This document shows, piece after piece, positions 24,416-34,834 of a DNA stretch of 51,364 bases (position 1 is its first letter; the number at the start of each line of letters is the position of its first letter). The notes beneath the pieces are model-generated. The model ran no database searches. It was not told the origin of the DNA and saw only the letters and a program-made list of their open reading frames with translations. Source of the stretch: Nemertoderma westbladi (lineage: Eukaryota; Animalia; Xenacoelomorpha); contig JAUCBJ010005124.1 in NCBI GenBank assembly GCA_032718475.1, positions 1 to 51,364 of the forward strand. The letters run 5' to 3'. The position numbers were made by a program, and so were the translations under genes.

Positions 24416-24601
24416 TATAAGATATAATAAGTAATATCAATCACACACTTCTCCAGAATCAGGTTTATATTAACTCCTGCACTCAATACACCACCGGTAG
24501 GCCTACTCAGTCGTTCCACCCTAACTATCTACCTGTTTGAATTTACCGCCACCTTATATATATCGCAACTCAACCCACAGAGTCTCTTATTGTACCTTAT
24601 A
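24416..24601 (-). repeat. 5' LTR
   Basis: Direct repeat of 20122-20307; contains a TATA-like ATATATAAG. Confidence 0.95.
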
Positions 24602-25486
24602 GTCTTTATGATTTTATGACCTTGGGGGCCTAGCCACAAATAATATACATTAATTTGTACTTATATAATATACTGCAGATGGATATAATATAATTAATAT
24701 CCATTTAATTTAAAAGGAGATGTAAAATACTACAAACAAATGTAGTCCATATATCAAAATAAAAAGTTTGAAACCTGTATCAGAATTAGTGTTAAGGACA
24801 TGGGGGGGGGGGGGGAGGGGGTGGGGTTGCCTCATCATCCGTTCCCACTTCTCATGTTCTGGAAGACTGGTTGAGAAGTTTCATGTGGTTCTGATTGTGT
24901 GCTACTCTCTAACTAGTGTTGCCCCAGTAAAAGGGGGTGGAAAATTTCTACCACAATCTACAAGTAGCTACTGATTGGAGTAGCACGCATTCTTAACATT
25001 CCTGGGAGACTTTACTGCAAGTCACATCAATGCATTAATGCCAGTTACATTATGTATTAGTTGTTTGTCAGTCATATCCTGTGGAATGGCTCATATATGC
25101 AACAAATCTGCAACGATTTGAAAGATAATAGGAGCCATGTCTGCCGGTACCAACATCAAGAGAAAAGTGACGAATTAACTACTGTATATACTGGTACACT
25201 GGCGATTTTCATGACGGGATCTGAGTTGGCGAAGATCCCGACTGGTGTGTGTGTTTAAGTCTTACGGAAATACGCGTCGCCATGTCCGCTTGGCTACTGA
25301 AAGGCTGTGGTAGTTCTGAAAGGCCGGAGGCCGAATGAATAATTCGAAATATTTACGAACGAATAATTTAACCAACCCGACAGAGCTTCATGTGTCTGCT
25401 GGGAATTGCTTCATGGTCAAGGCATCACCTTCTAAACTGCTCGCCAACATGTTGAGTGAGACTCAACAGGGCTAGTGGGCTGTTAA

Positions 25487-26900
25487 CCCTATTACCACTG
25501 GGGTGTTTTGACCATTAGCACCACTGGGGGGGGGCCGATTCGGCCCACCCACTATATTTTTGTAGTCGTCCAATGAAATCCTACAAAATTTGGGCTGTTG
25601 GTGAAACAACTATAGATGAACACTACCAAACCTTAAAAAGTTAAAATTTCATAAGCAGGGACTCATAATTTTGATGAAAAATAAAAGTAGTCCCAGGACA
25701 AAATTACAAAATTTTTCGTTTTCTAAAAACTTATAGTGTGGCAGTGTTGGCTAGATTTAGTAGGTTTTTCAAGACGCTGAATCGAATGTGCTTATATTCC
25801 ACTTCCAAAAATTGAAGTGGATGCTATTTTTCGTGCACCTAAGAAGTGGGCGTGGCACTTCAAATTTTGAAAAATTAGATATTCAGAAAATGCCCCTAAT
25901 TTTTTTATTTCAACGCATCTTTATGGGTTTTCTGGGCCGCTGAATCGATTGAAAGTAATATAGAAGCCTGAAGACTGAGTGGTTCGCCATTTTTGGTGCA
26001 CCAAAAATAGGGCGTGGCACTTCAAATTTTGAAAAATATGAGATTCGGAAAATACACTAAAGTTTTGATTTGCAAAGCATTTTTATAGGTTTTCTGGAGC
26101 GCTGAATCGATTGAAAGTAATATAGAAGCCTGAAGACTTAGAAGTTAGCCATTTTTTGAAATCAAAACTTTAGTGTTTTTTCCGAATAAAGTAATTTTGA
26201 AAATTTGTAGTGCCACGCCCTAATTTTGGTGCACCGAAAATTACGTACACAAAGGATTTGAGGCTTCTATATTACTTTCAATCGATTCAGCGCTCCAGAA
26301 AACCTATAAAATTAATTTGAAATCAAAACTTTAGTGAATTTTTCGAATCTCGTATTTTTCAAAATTTGAAGTGCCACGCCCTAATTTTGGTGCACCAAAA
26401 ATGGCGAACCACTAAGTCTTCAGGCTTCTATATTACTTTCAATCGATTCAGCGCTCCAGAAAACCTATAAAAATGCTTCGAAATCAGAACTTTAGTAAAT
26501 TTTCCGAATAAAATAATTTTGAAATTTTAAAGTGCCACGCCCTAAATTTGGTGCTCCAAAAATGACGTACCACTACACTTACATGCTTGTATAGAGCATT
26601 AGAGTGATCCAAACCAATAAAAATAAATAAAAATAGCCCAAACATAAATAATTACTAAATCACAAATGATTTTGTAAAATTCGAAAATTTCAAAAATTTT
26701 GGTGCTGGAGACCAAATTTTGAGGTGGCACCCACATCGAAAAGTAGAAATCCAATTGCAACGGCGTTTTTTGCAAAAGATGCAGTATTAAATTTGGCTAA
26801 TTCTCACAAAAAATTGGGCCGGTACGTAATGTGGTTGCATAGTTACAGCAACTAAAAACTAGGAAGGGGCCGATTCGGCCCCCCCCCAGTGGTAATAGGG
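25487..26900. mobile_element. piggyBac-type MITE with TTAA TSD and internal ~120-bp subrepeats in foldback arrangement
   Basis: TTAA|CCCTATTACCACTGGGG...CCCCAGTGGTAATAGGG|TTAA. Subterminal GGGGCCGATTCGGCCC palindromes; GCTGAATCGATTGAAAG units switch orientation near 26160. Confidence 0.9.
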
Positions 26901-27144
26901 TTAAGGCTAAATCTGTTTTTATTTGGACGTCAAAGGCAAACGTTTCATAATTTTATTTCATTTAATTGTTGTGCGAATTTTATAGACCTTGCAATTTTAC
27001 CACTTATATAATAAATATAATTATAATATAATAAATATAAATTAAAATATTTATATGCCAAGAGCAGGCCCGTAGCCAGGATTTTCAAAGGGCGTACACA
27101 TTTAGGCGTTACGTAACGTTTCTTCCCAAACCCCCACCCCCAAC

Positions 27145-27870
27145 CCCCTGGCGGTGGGTCGATTCGGCCCCCCCGCTGTATTTTTGTTATCATCCAATAA
27201 AATCCTACGAAATTTGGGCTGTAGGTGAAAAAATTATCGAAGAAAATTTTCAAATCCAAAAAAATGAAAATTTCATAAGGTGGGTATAATAAATTTCATG
27301 AAAAATAGAAGTAGTCCTACGACAAAACATACATTTTTTTGATTTTCTAAAAACTAATAGTGTGGCATTGTTGGCTAGCATTAGTAGGTTTTTCACTACG
27401 CTGAATCGAATGTGATTATATTCCATTTCCGAAAATTGAACTGGATGCTATTTTTCGTGCACCTAAGAAGCAGGCATGGCACTTTTTTTATGGCAATTTT
27501 GAAAAATACGATATTCGGAAAATATCCCCATCTTTTGATTTCAACGTGTTTTTATAGGTTTTCTGGACCGCTGAATCGATTGAAAATATTATCGAAGCCT
27601 GAAGACTTAGTGGATCGTCCTTTTTGGAGCACCAAAATTAGGGTGTGGCACTTCAAATATTGAAAAATACGAGATTCAGAAAAGAAACCAAAGTTGAGAT
27701 TTCAACGCACATTTATAGGTTTTCTGAACTGCTGAATCAATTGAATGTATTATAGAATCAAAATTCTTTAATAGAGCACCAAAATTAGGGAGTGGCACTT
27801 ATTCAAATTTTGAACCGCAATTTTAGTACCACGCCCTAATTGTGGTGTACCAATAATGACGTAGCACTAA
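27145..27870 (+). mobile_element. Truncated, diverged second copy of the 25487-26900 MITE
   Basis: Colinear similarity to about 25525-26150, including the GATTCGGCCC and GCTGAATCGA units. Confidence 0.8.
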
Positions 27871-28698
27871 GACTTGAACTATGTGCTTTCCCACCCACTA
27901 TTGGTTTAACCTGATTAATTATCACCTCGCCACTCCCTGTTAGCATTGCCCCTTGGTGCTAGCCTTACTAGCTTGTTTCTCCCTCTGAGGTGGTTTGACC
28001 TCTCACCTCTCTCTGTGGCTTACGGCGTGTATCCCCCCCCCCCCCCCCCCCAGTTGGTTATGAGGTGAGATTATTATCGGTAATCTCACATTGCCAACTA
28101 TATTGGTAAAATGCCACACTAACCCCATTTTCGGTGGGTAGTGCACAGAATTGAATCCGCTTACCTATCATATTATTTATTTTGCAGCTTGGATCACGAT
28201 TCGATATCAGGATCAACATATTGAACCAAACGCAATCTCGATCTTGAAATTCAAGGACGTTTTGGTTGAGTATAGTCTTACTGTTCTCCAAAATTACAGT
28301 CAGTATGTCCCACTAGTCTATTAATATTTCTTTATATTTCTCTCTCTCTCTCTATATATATATACACCATGTCTCCTGTAGTAAATTGTATAAATATCAT
28401 ATTGTATCATATATGGGTGTTTGTATTGCAAAGTTCAGGTAGAAGATGTTCAATGTAGAATGAGAGCTAGTGCTTCATCAGGCGTTAGAGGACAGCCGCG
28501 CTGGGCTGTTGATGAATGTTCAGTACCGGTTGCTGAAATACAAACGACCCAATGGAGGAGTTGCTACGAGGATATAGTTCTCAGTCATTCTAGTGTACCT
28601 GTAGATGATGAAAGTGGGGATAGTGCTGGTAGGAGGGTACATGAACAGGAGGCTGCACAGGGGGGTATGGTAGGAGTAGGTTCAGCACACTATCTACT

Positions 28699-29538
28699 AT
28701 GTATTTCTATCATGCTCCACATTGCCAGAAGTGTAACTTAAAGCGCAGATTAAATGGAAGTAAATATTGTGCACGTTGTTTTATTATTCAACGTGAGCAA
28801 GAGAGGTCTAAATGTTGTAAGCCAAAACCTGTATTAAAAAAAGTTAAGAAAATTAGTTCAGATATTGATGAAACTGAAACTCTGCAGTCTGTCCCACTTC
28901 CTGGTCTAAAGAGAAAATGTAAAAACTGTTGTGTTTGTAGAAAACGCATAGCACGTGACTGCCTGTATTGTGGTACATGTGGCAACAAACTTAATAAGAA
29001 AAAGTTTGTTGCTAAGAAGTGCAGTAGCTCAACTGATGATAATGAACCTGTGTTAGAAGAGCCTACTATTGTGAGGGTGCCACAAAGCAAACGTTCTACA
29101 TTGGCTACCTGTGGTACTGTAGGCTGTTCCAACCATGTTGGAAAAGGAAGTACAAAGTGTAGACCCTGTTTGAATATTCAAAATAAGAAATATTGTAAGT
29201 GTGTAGAATGCAATAAAACACTGAGATATAAAGTAAATTTAAAGTATTGTAGAAATTGCATGAAGCATAAACGCTGGCTTGAAAGAGAAAGTTTATCAGA
29301 GAACAGTAATGTTTCTGTGAGTGATGAATCAATAAAAATCTTGCCTGATACACCAAAGAGAACTTGCAAATATTGCAGCAAAATTCTAACCCATCAATTT
29401 GTGCGGAAATTCTACAACAAAGTTTGTATGCAGAAACAAACAATGAAAGTTGGTAATAGTTCTGAGAGGGTCGATGTAGATGATACTGATAATGACACTG
29501 ATAATACTGACATATTACTAGATGCTGTGATTCCATGA
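28699..29538 (+). CDS. Unknown Cys/Lys-rich protein with many CxxC pairs (putative multi-zinc-binding); may extend upstream via 28421-28741
   Basis: 279-codon open frame with about 10 CxxC pairs separated by acidic/Ser linkers. It is not a simple tandem repeat. Confidence 0.5.
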   Translation: MYFYHAPHCQKCNLKRRLNGSKYCARCFIIQREQERSKCCKPKPVLKKVKKISSDIDETETLQSVPLPGLKRKCKNCCVCRKRIARDCLYCGTCGNKLNKKKFVAKKCSSSTDDNEPVLEEPTIVRVPQSKRSTLATCGTVGCSNHVGKGSTKCRPCLNIQNKKYCKCVECNKTLRYKVNLKYCRNCMKHKRWLERESLSENSNVSVSDESIKILPDTPKRTCKYCSKILTHQFVRKFYNKVCMQKQTMKVGNSSERVDVDDTDNDTDNTDILLDAVIP

Positions 29539-29967
29539 ACTTGTGAAGTACAAGGTCTCAATTGGCAAACCTTTCCATGTTTACCAGGCAAAGACGTTTT
29601 ATACATACCAAAATACCACAAACAAACACCCAGATCATGTAAATCATTTCCTTGTAACTTTCGACTGACCATCTTAAGTTCTCCACAACCCTTTGATATA
29701 ACTGATTTATTGTGCTGAAAGTTTCACTTATTTCGAATATAGTTCACAAGTGTAGTTCGAGCTTCGTATTGTGCATTTTCAGATGAGGTTTGATGATTCG
29801 TTGGATATTCTTTAGATCCAGGTCTTTGTTGAGATATATCAATCTAGTCACCTCAGGTTCAGATTGATGATTATCTTTCAAAGCATACACAGCTACAACT
29901 ACACAGCTTTGAGAGATGCGCCCTGGCTGGTCCCTTTAACGCATTCGTGCCGAAACGAAAACTGCCC

Positions 29968-30042
29968 TGGCCCATGTGAGGATCGAACCCACGACCTACG
30001 GGAGATGTGAATTCAATGCAACCACTACACCAAGGTGGAACC
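29968..30042 (-). ncRNA. tRNA-derived sequence (SINE head or tRNA pseudogene)
   Basis: A-box TGGTGTAGTGG and B-box GGTTCGATCC at tRNA-like spacing; T-arm GTGGG-TTCGATC-CTCAC pairs. The acceptor and anticodon stems are poor. Confidence 0.55.
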
Positions 30043-30644
30043 TAAATTTTATTATATAATATAAATATATTTTTGATACAGATTTCAATGGATTATGTTT
30101 GCGCCAGCAAGGGGGCAAGGAGCTGGTTAGAGTTCAACCATGCCCATGCTTTCGCACAGTTCACAAGGAGTGGGTAGTCTCGTTTCGACCTAAATGGGAC
30201 ATGATGATAATCGATAAGGAGGATAACATTATTATACCACACATGTTTTCGAACACTGAATTTCCGATGTTATTCTTCCCTAAAGATGTACTTCAAGTAA
30301 CAGATTTGGTATATATATCAAATAAAGATTAACATTAACTCCAAAGTAAATATACACACAATCAGATTGGTCTCGGGCATATAATTTAGTACCTCGTCGA
30401 GATATGGAGAGGGTGAGAAACTGGACGCAAATCCCATATCAGTGCGTACAGATACCTATAATGAAGCCTTATGTTATGTTAGTTAACGCATTTTATTACA
30501 CTGTAAGCTTTGTGCCCGAAATATAGGGTATTTTGTAGAAGTGCTGACTTTTACCACGCTATTAAGAGCTTTGTTTCATATTTTGTCATTAATATACATA
30601 TAAACTGAAACCCCTGATATTGACTTATTTAATTGTTTTGGTTA

Positions 30645-30992
30645 TAATAACCTGCCACAGTAACGTGATTATTTCCATTAGTCTGCTTATTCGCACCTTC
30701 AGATCCTTGACAACATCCTAGTACCAAATTATTTAGTTATTTAGTGTATAAATAATTATTTATAACCTCAGACACAATCAATCCGTCACTAATGATTAGG
30801 CACGGAATCACAACCGTAACAAACTGAAAAGATATCGCGGTGGTTGGGTGATATCTGGATGGGCTCAGTCTGCTGTAATAGATGCAGCTACGGAGCAGGT
30901 AGAACCTGCCAGGTTCCATATAACAACATCCATCATAAAGAAGGACAAACTTTATCACTTCAATTTATATAGAAGTAAGTTTGAAGAAATTT
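30645..30992 (+). repeat. Dispersed repeat, copy 2 of 17836-18182; abuts the truncated BEL element
   Basis: Direct sequence match. Confidence 0.9.
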
Positions 30993-33333
30993 GTTTGAGG
31001 ATGGTTGTTTGAGGATGTTGTTTGAGGAAAATGTTTGAGGAAAATGTTTGAGGATTTAAGAATGAAGTAACTTTATGTTGGTGAGAAACAACTGCACTAT
31101 AATCTCTCTGATTTCCAAGGAAAGGTAATCGGACTTGATAATGAGGTGGATCCTCTTTAGAGATTAAAGGAATAATTTCAGGTACAAAATGAATCTCACT
31201 CTCTTTAATTCCAATAGTTTCTAAGTTCCATAGATTGGACACTTCTATAGGTTCTGTTAATATTAAGGAAGGAGATAAACCCATATTAATGCAGGGGCTT
31301 ACAGTAATTGGGGAAGAAGGGCCAGTAAGTAAATGCCCAAAGAAAGTATCAACTATAGTAGGAGCATTTGGATACCGATAATAGGTACCTGTCAAAGCCC
31401 ATATTTGGTCAGCACCAATAATAAGATTAATAAGATAATTTGATAAATGGCAGATTGAAGAAAACATAGTTGGTAGATACTCCTGCTTAATGGAAGGACA
31501 GAGTTTGTTGGCTGTCCATGCGGTGAGGTCAATTGGTTCAGAAAAGAATTGGCTGAAAAGTTGAAATGACACTAAATTGGAGTCATGTGTAGTAATATGG
31601 TCTCCAAATGAACCCTTCGACATTATTCTGGTGTCTATAATGGGTAACTGGTAATTATTAGAAAGGTCGGATTTGATGTAGGTTCTCTTGGACCCATCAT
31701 CTAAATAAACATGGACCCACTGGCCATTATCACAAGAAGGTGAATAAAGATAGGCCATTGCCAGCTTAACAAAAACTTGATTATCTTGGCTGGAGTGAGT
31801 TGGCATCACTGGTATCACTGACATGGCAGGTCCACCAGATCGATTCCCTGATGGAATCCAACTAGTATCTAAAGCAGGAGGAGTTGGCTTTGACTGATCC
31901 CAAGGCTTGGTTGAATAATTAATTGGCTTTTGATACTGGAGGTACATACGCCTGGGAGGAAGGGAGCCTGGTATTACCAGAAGCTTGGTGGGTTTTAGGA
32001 TCACTAGAAGAGGTCGGGGTCTTTGGATCACGGTACTTTTTAAAACAAAGTAATGAGTTATGCCTCCCACCAGAATTATTGAAATTATATTTGGATTGGA
32101 CTTATGAGGTCCAAAGCAATTGGTACAAAGTTTCTTTGTTCTGATAAAGGTCCCTTTAGCATCAATGGACTTAGAAAGAAAATTTGGACAATCCTTAAGT
32201 CTATGGGGATGACCCTGACATGAAAGACAAGTTGGTTGCGGAGGAGCATTTTCAGTGACAGGCAATGATGAAGTAGTTAGAAGCTTGGGCAATTCTTTTA
32301 CCCTAGTATTCTGAGTTGGAGGTTTAGATAAATTGACTTGAGAATAAGCCAATGACTCCCTGGTTTCTAATTCTTGTCTAATGAACTCCAATATAAGATC
32401 TAAGTTAAATCTTTCACTGGGATTGTTTCTATTCCACACAATAATTAAATCCTGTGGAAGTTTTTGCTGTTGAAGTGGTGCTAACAGTAAAGAGGTGAGG
32501 TCTAAAGATAAAGCAGAATTGTCACTGGAGGTAACACTAGACTGCACCTCAGAAGATAACTGACGAATTTCCCTCAACCCACTTTAAAAAATATCCATCA
32601 TTTTGCGAAATGATTTAAGGTCTCCCTCCTTTATGGCTGGAAGGGAGCAAAGCTGTCTGGCATAGAGACCTATTAAAAGATGGGGGTTGCCATACCGACG
32701 TTTTAGGACTTCAATAGCAGTTTTATAATTGGCCGAGGTTGCTGGAAAACCAGACAAGGCATCCTTGGCTTCTCCCTCCAAGCTGTTACGCAAATAAATA
32801 AATTTCTGGACATCACTCAACCCGGGCTAAATGAATAAGCGCTTGAAATTGGTCCCAAAAAGGTCTCCAACTAAAATAATCACCACTAAAAGTCGGTAAA
32901 GAAATTTTCGGAAGACCACGAGTTGAGTTATTAGTCCCACTGGCTGACTGGGTTTCATCACTATGATGTGAACTGACAAGGCCTACCTTGTCTAAACGGG
33001 AAAGAACCCAGCCCATTTTGAACAAATAGCGGTCGAGATCACCAATTTATGTGTTGATGTCTTAGACTCATAATGGCCTATTTCGCTAAGTTCAGAATTT
33101 AAAGAATTTAATAAAATTAACTGGCGTTCACCAAGTTCAATCTGATAGGCCAGTTCATCTGAATCAAGTTCAGATTCATTTAGTTTAACAATATGTTCGA
33201 AATCAGTAATTAATTTAGATGCTTTTTGGCGTTCTGTTTTCCGCCTCCCTTTTATAAACTCTATCTGATCAATATTATCATCATCTATGTTGTCACCCTT
33301 ACCCCCACGGTTTTGAGTTTCACCATCTGCCAT
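30993..33333 (-). pseudogene. BEL/Pao gag-protease pseudogene, frameshifted and 3'-truncated before RT
   Basis: LPKISLPTFSGDYFSWRPFWDQF, QKFIYLRNSLEGEAK..NYKTAIEVLKRRYG, knuckles CLSCQGHPHRLKDC / CTNCFGPH, protease YLDDGSKRTYI..LIIGAD, LWNLETIGI. Spread over four ORFs. Confidence 0.9.
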
Positions 33334-33869
33334 GGTACTGATTGTTGCACATAAGTGGTAGTAGAAGGCAAAAAGAAAAAGTATAGAAGCAAGAACAGTC
33401 AGTTAAACGATGGTAATGAAAATCAATAACAAATATGCAGAATGGAAGGCGGGATACGGTAACTAAAGTCCCGGTCCTTCCCTAGCTAAACTATCTGACC
33501 TAAACTAGCACCAATATTGCACTGATATAACTGAAATGATATGATTACTGCCAAGTGGCTATATTGCACGGTTGGCCTTGTTACTCTACCTAATCGATGC
33601 CTTTCCCCCCTCTGATTGGTTGGTACCCTTGTTGGCGCCCTTTGGAGTGTTCCCGTTCACTCAACCTGTTCTCTCTGGGTTAGGGGTTTGGCCCCTGACC
33701 CTCATTGTGTGCTTCTCCTTCCCATTCTCATTGGGATGGCACGAGTTGGTTAATTGCCCAATCTCGTGGCTCCCAATATTGCTTATCGGCTTAACTTTAT
33801 GGGATGTTAGCGGGATTGAATAAGCTAACAGATTTGAAGTGGAATTCATTGTATTCATCGCAGTATGTT

Positions 33870-34300
33870 ATGTTGTCCGTTGCGTGCGCAGTTCGGGGCG
33901 TAGGCGGTGTAACTAGTCCAGCTGTAGATCCCGGATTGCCGCGCAACACCCCCTCTATCCCGTTATTCTGGTGGGTCCATGGTGCATCCACATGACTTCG
34001 ACGATAAATGGTTTTATGTTTCTCAGTCGCGTTATTCTGGTGGGACCGTTGCGTGGATTTTGGGGCGTAGGCGGTGTAACTAGTCCAGCTGTAGATCCCA
34101 GAATGTTGCGTAACCCCATCCCACATGACTTCGTCGACTGAGCTTTATGTTGTTGGGAGTGTTATTCTGGTGGGTCCCTGGTGCATCCACGTGACTTCAC
34201 TTCCAGCGTCTTCATTGTCCGTTACGTGCGCAGTTTGGGGCGTAGGCGGTGTAACTAGCCCAGCTGTAGATCCCAGATTGCCGCGTAACACCCCTTCCAC
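33870..34300. repeat. Three imperfect ~170-bp direct repeats with core GGGGCGTAGGCGGTGTAACTAG(T/C)CCAGCTGTAGATCCC
   Basis: Core at about 33895, 34062 and 34237. Confidence 0.85.
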
Positions 34301-34834
34301 GACAAAGATTTCACAAAGAAGATGATTGAATGTAGTTGGAAACGATGAAAAGGATCAGACAACTCAACTATAAACCTGAATGGTGATGCGTATGATGATG
34401 AAAATGAAATGATGCGCACCCTGGTGCTGCGCTTATAACAAATGATGATAGCCGGGGGGCTATAAACCCAATGATGATGTGGAAATAAACAAAATGTGAA
34501 ATAAATGGTGGAACTAAATGATGAAATATATGTGGAAATAAATGAAATGTGATGAAATAATAAAGAGAAATGAAAAAAGACAAAAAAAGGTATAAAAAAG
34601 TCTGAAGAAAAGAATTGGAAAAAAGAAAGGACATAAAAAGTCATAAAACTGGTTGGATATTAATGTATAGCTATAGTAACTGTAAATGCTGAATGTATTA
34701 GCAATAAGATGATAGATGCCTATATAGCAATGTTATTTAATAAACTGAACTGAATTATTCTGCAATCACTATAGTTTCAGACTTTCTGGACTTATAATTA
34801 ACTGATCTAATTTGTAACGGATATAATCGTAAAT

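Larger units (their letters stand above)
20122..24601 (-). mobile_element. Full-length (4.5 kb) Ty3/Gypsy-type LTR retrotransposon, recent insertion
   Basis: Two 186-bp LTRs differing at one visible position, gag then PR-RT-RH-IN order, and a PPT next to the 3' LTR. Confidence 0.95.
18935..24791 (+). mobile_element. piggyBac relic with TTAA TSD, internally deleted and hosting an LTR retrotransposon
   Basis: TTAA|CACTAATTTTGGTA ... TATCAGAATTAGTG|TTAA. The subterminal motif ATATGGACTACA(A/T)TTGTAG at ~18949 and ~19118 is inverted at ~24740. Confidence 0.75.

Noticed and set aside
29968-30042. Functional tRNA gene
   Set aside because: The A box, B box and T-arm are present, but the acceptor and anticodon stems do not pair convincingly; kept only as tRNA-derived.
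33496-33870. PBS (TGGTGCTAG...) and 5' LTR of the BEL element
   Set aside because: The position is plausible, but there is no second LTR or confident tRNA match to support boundaries.
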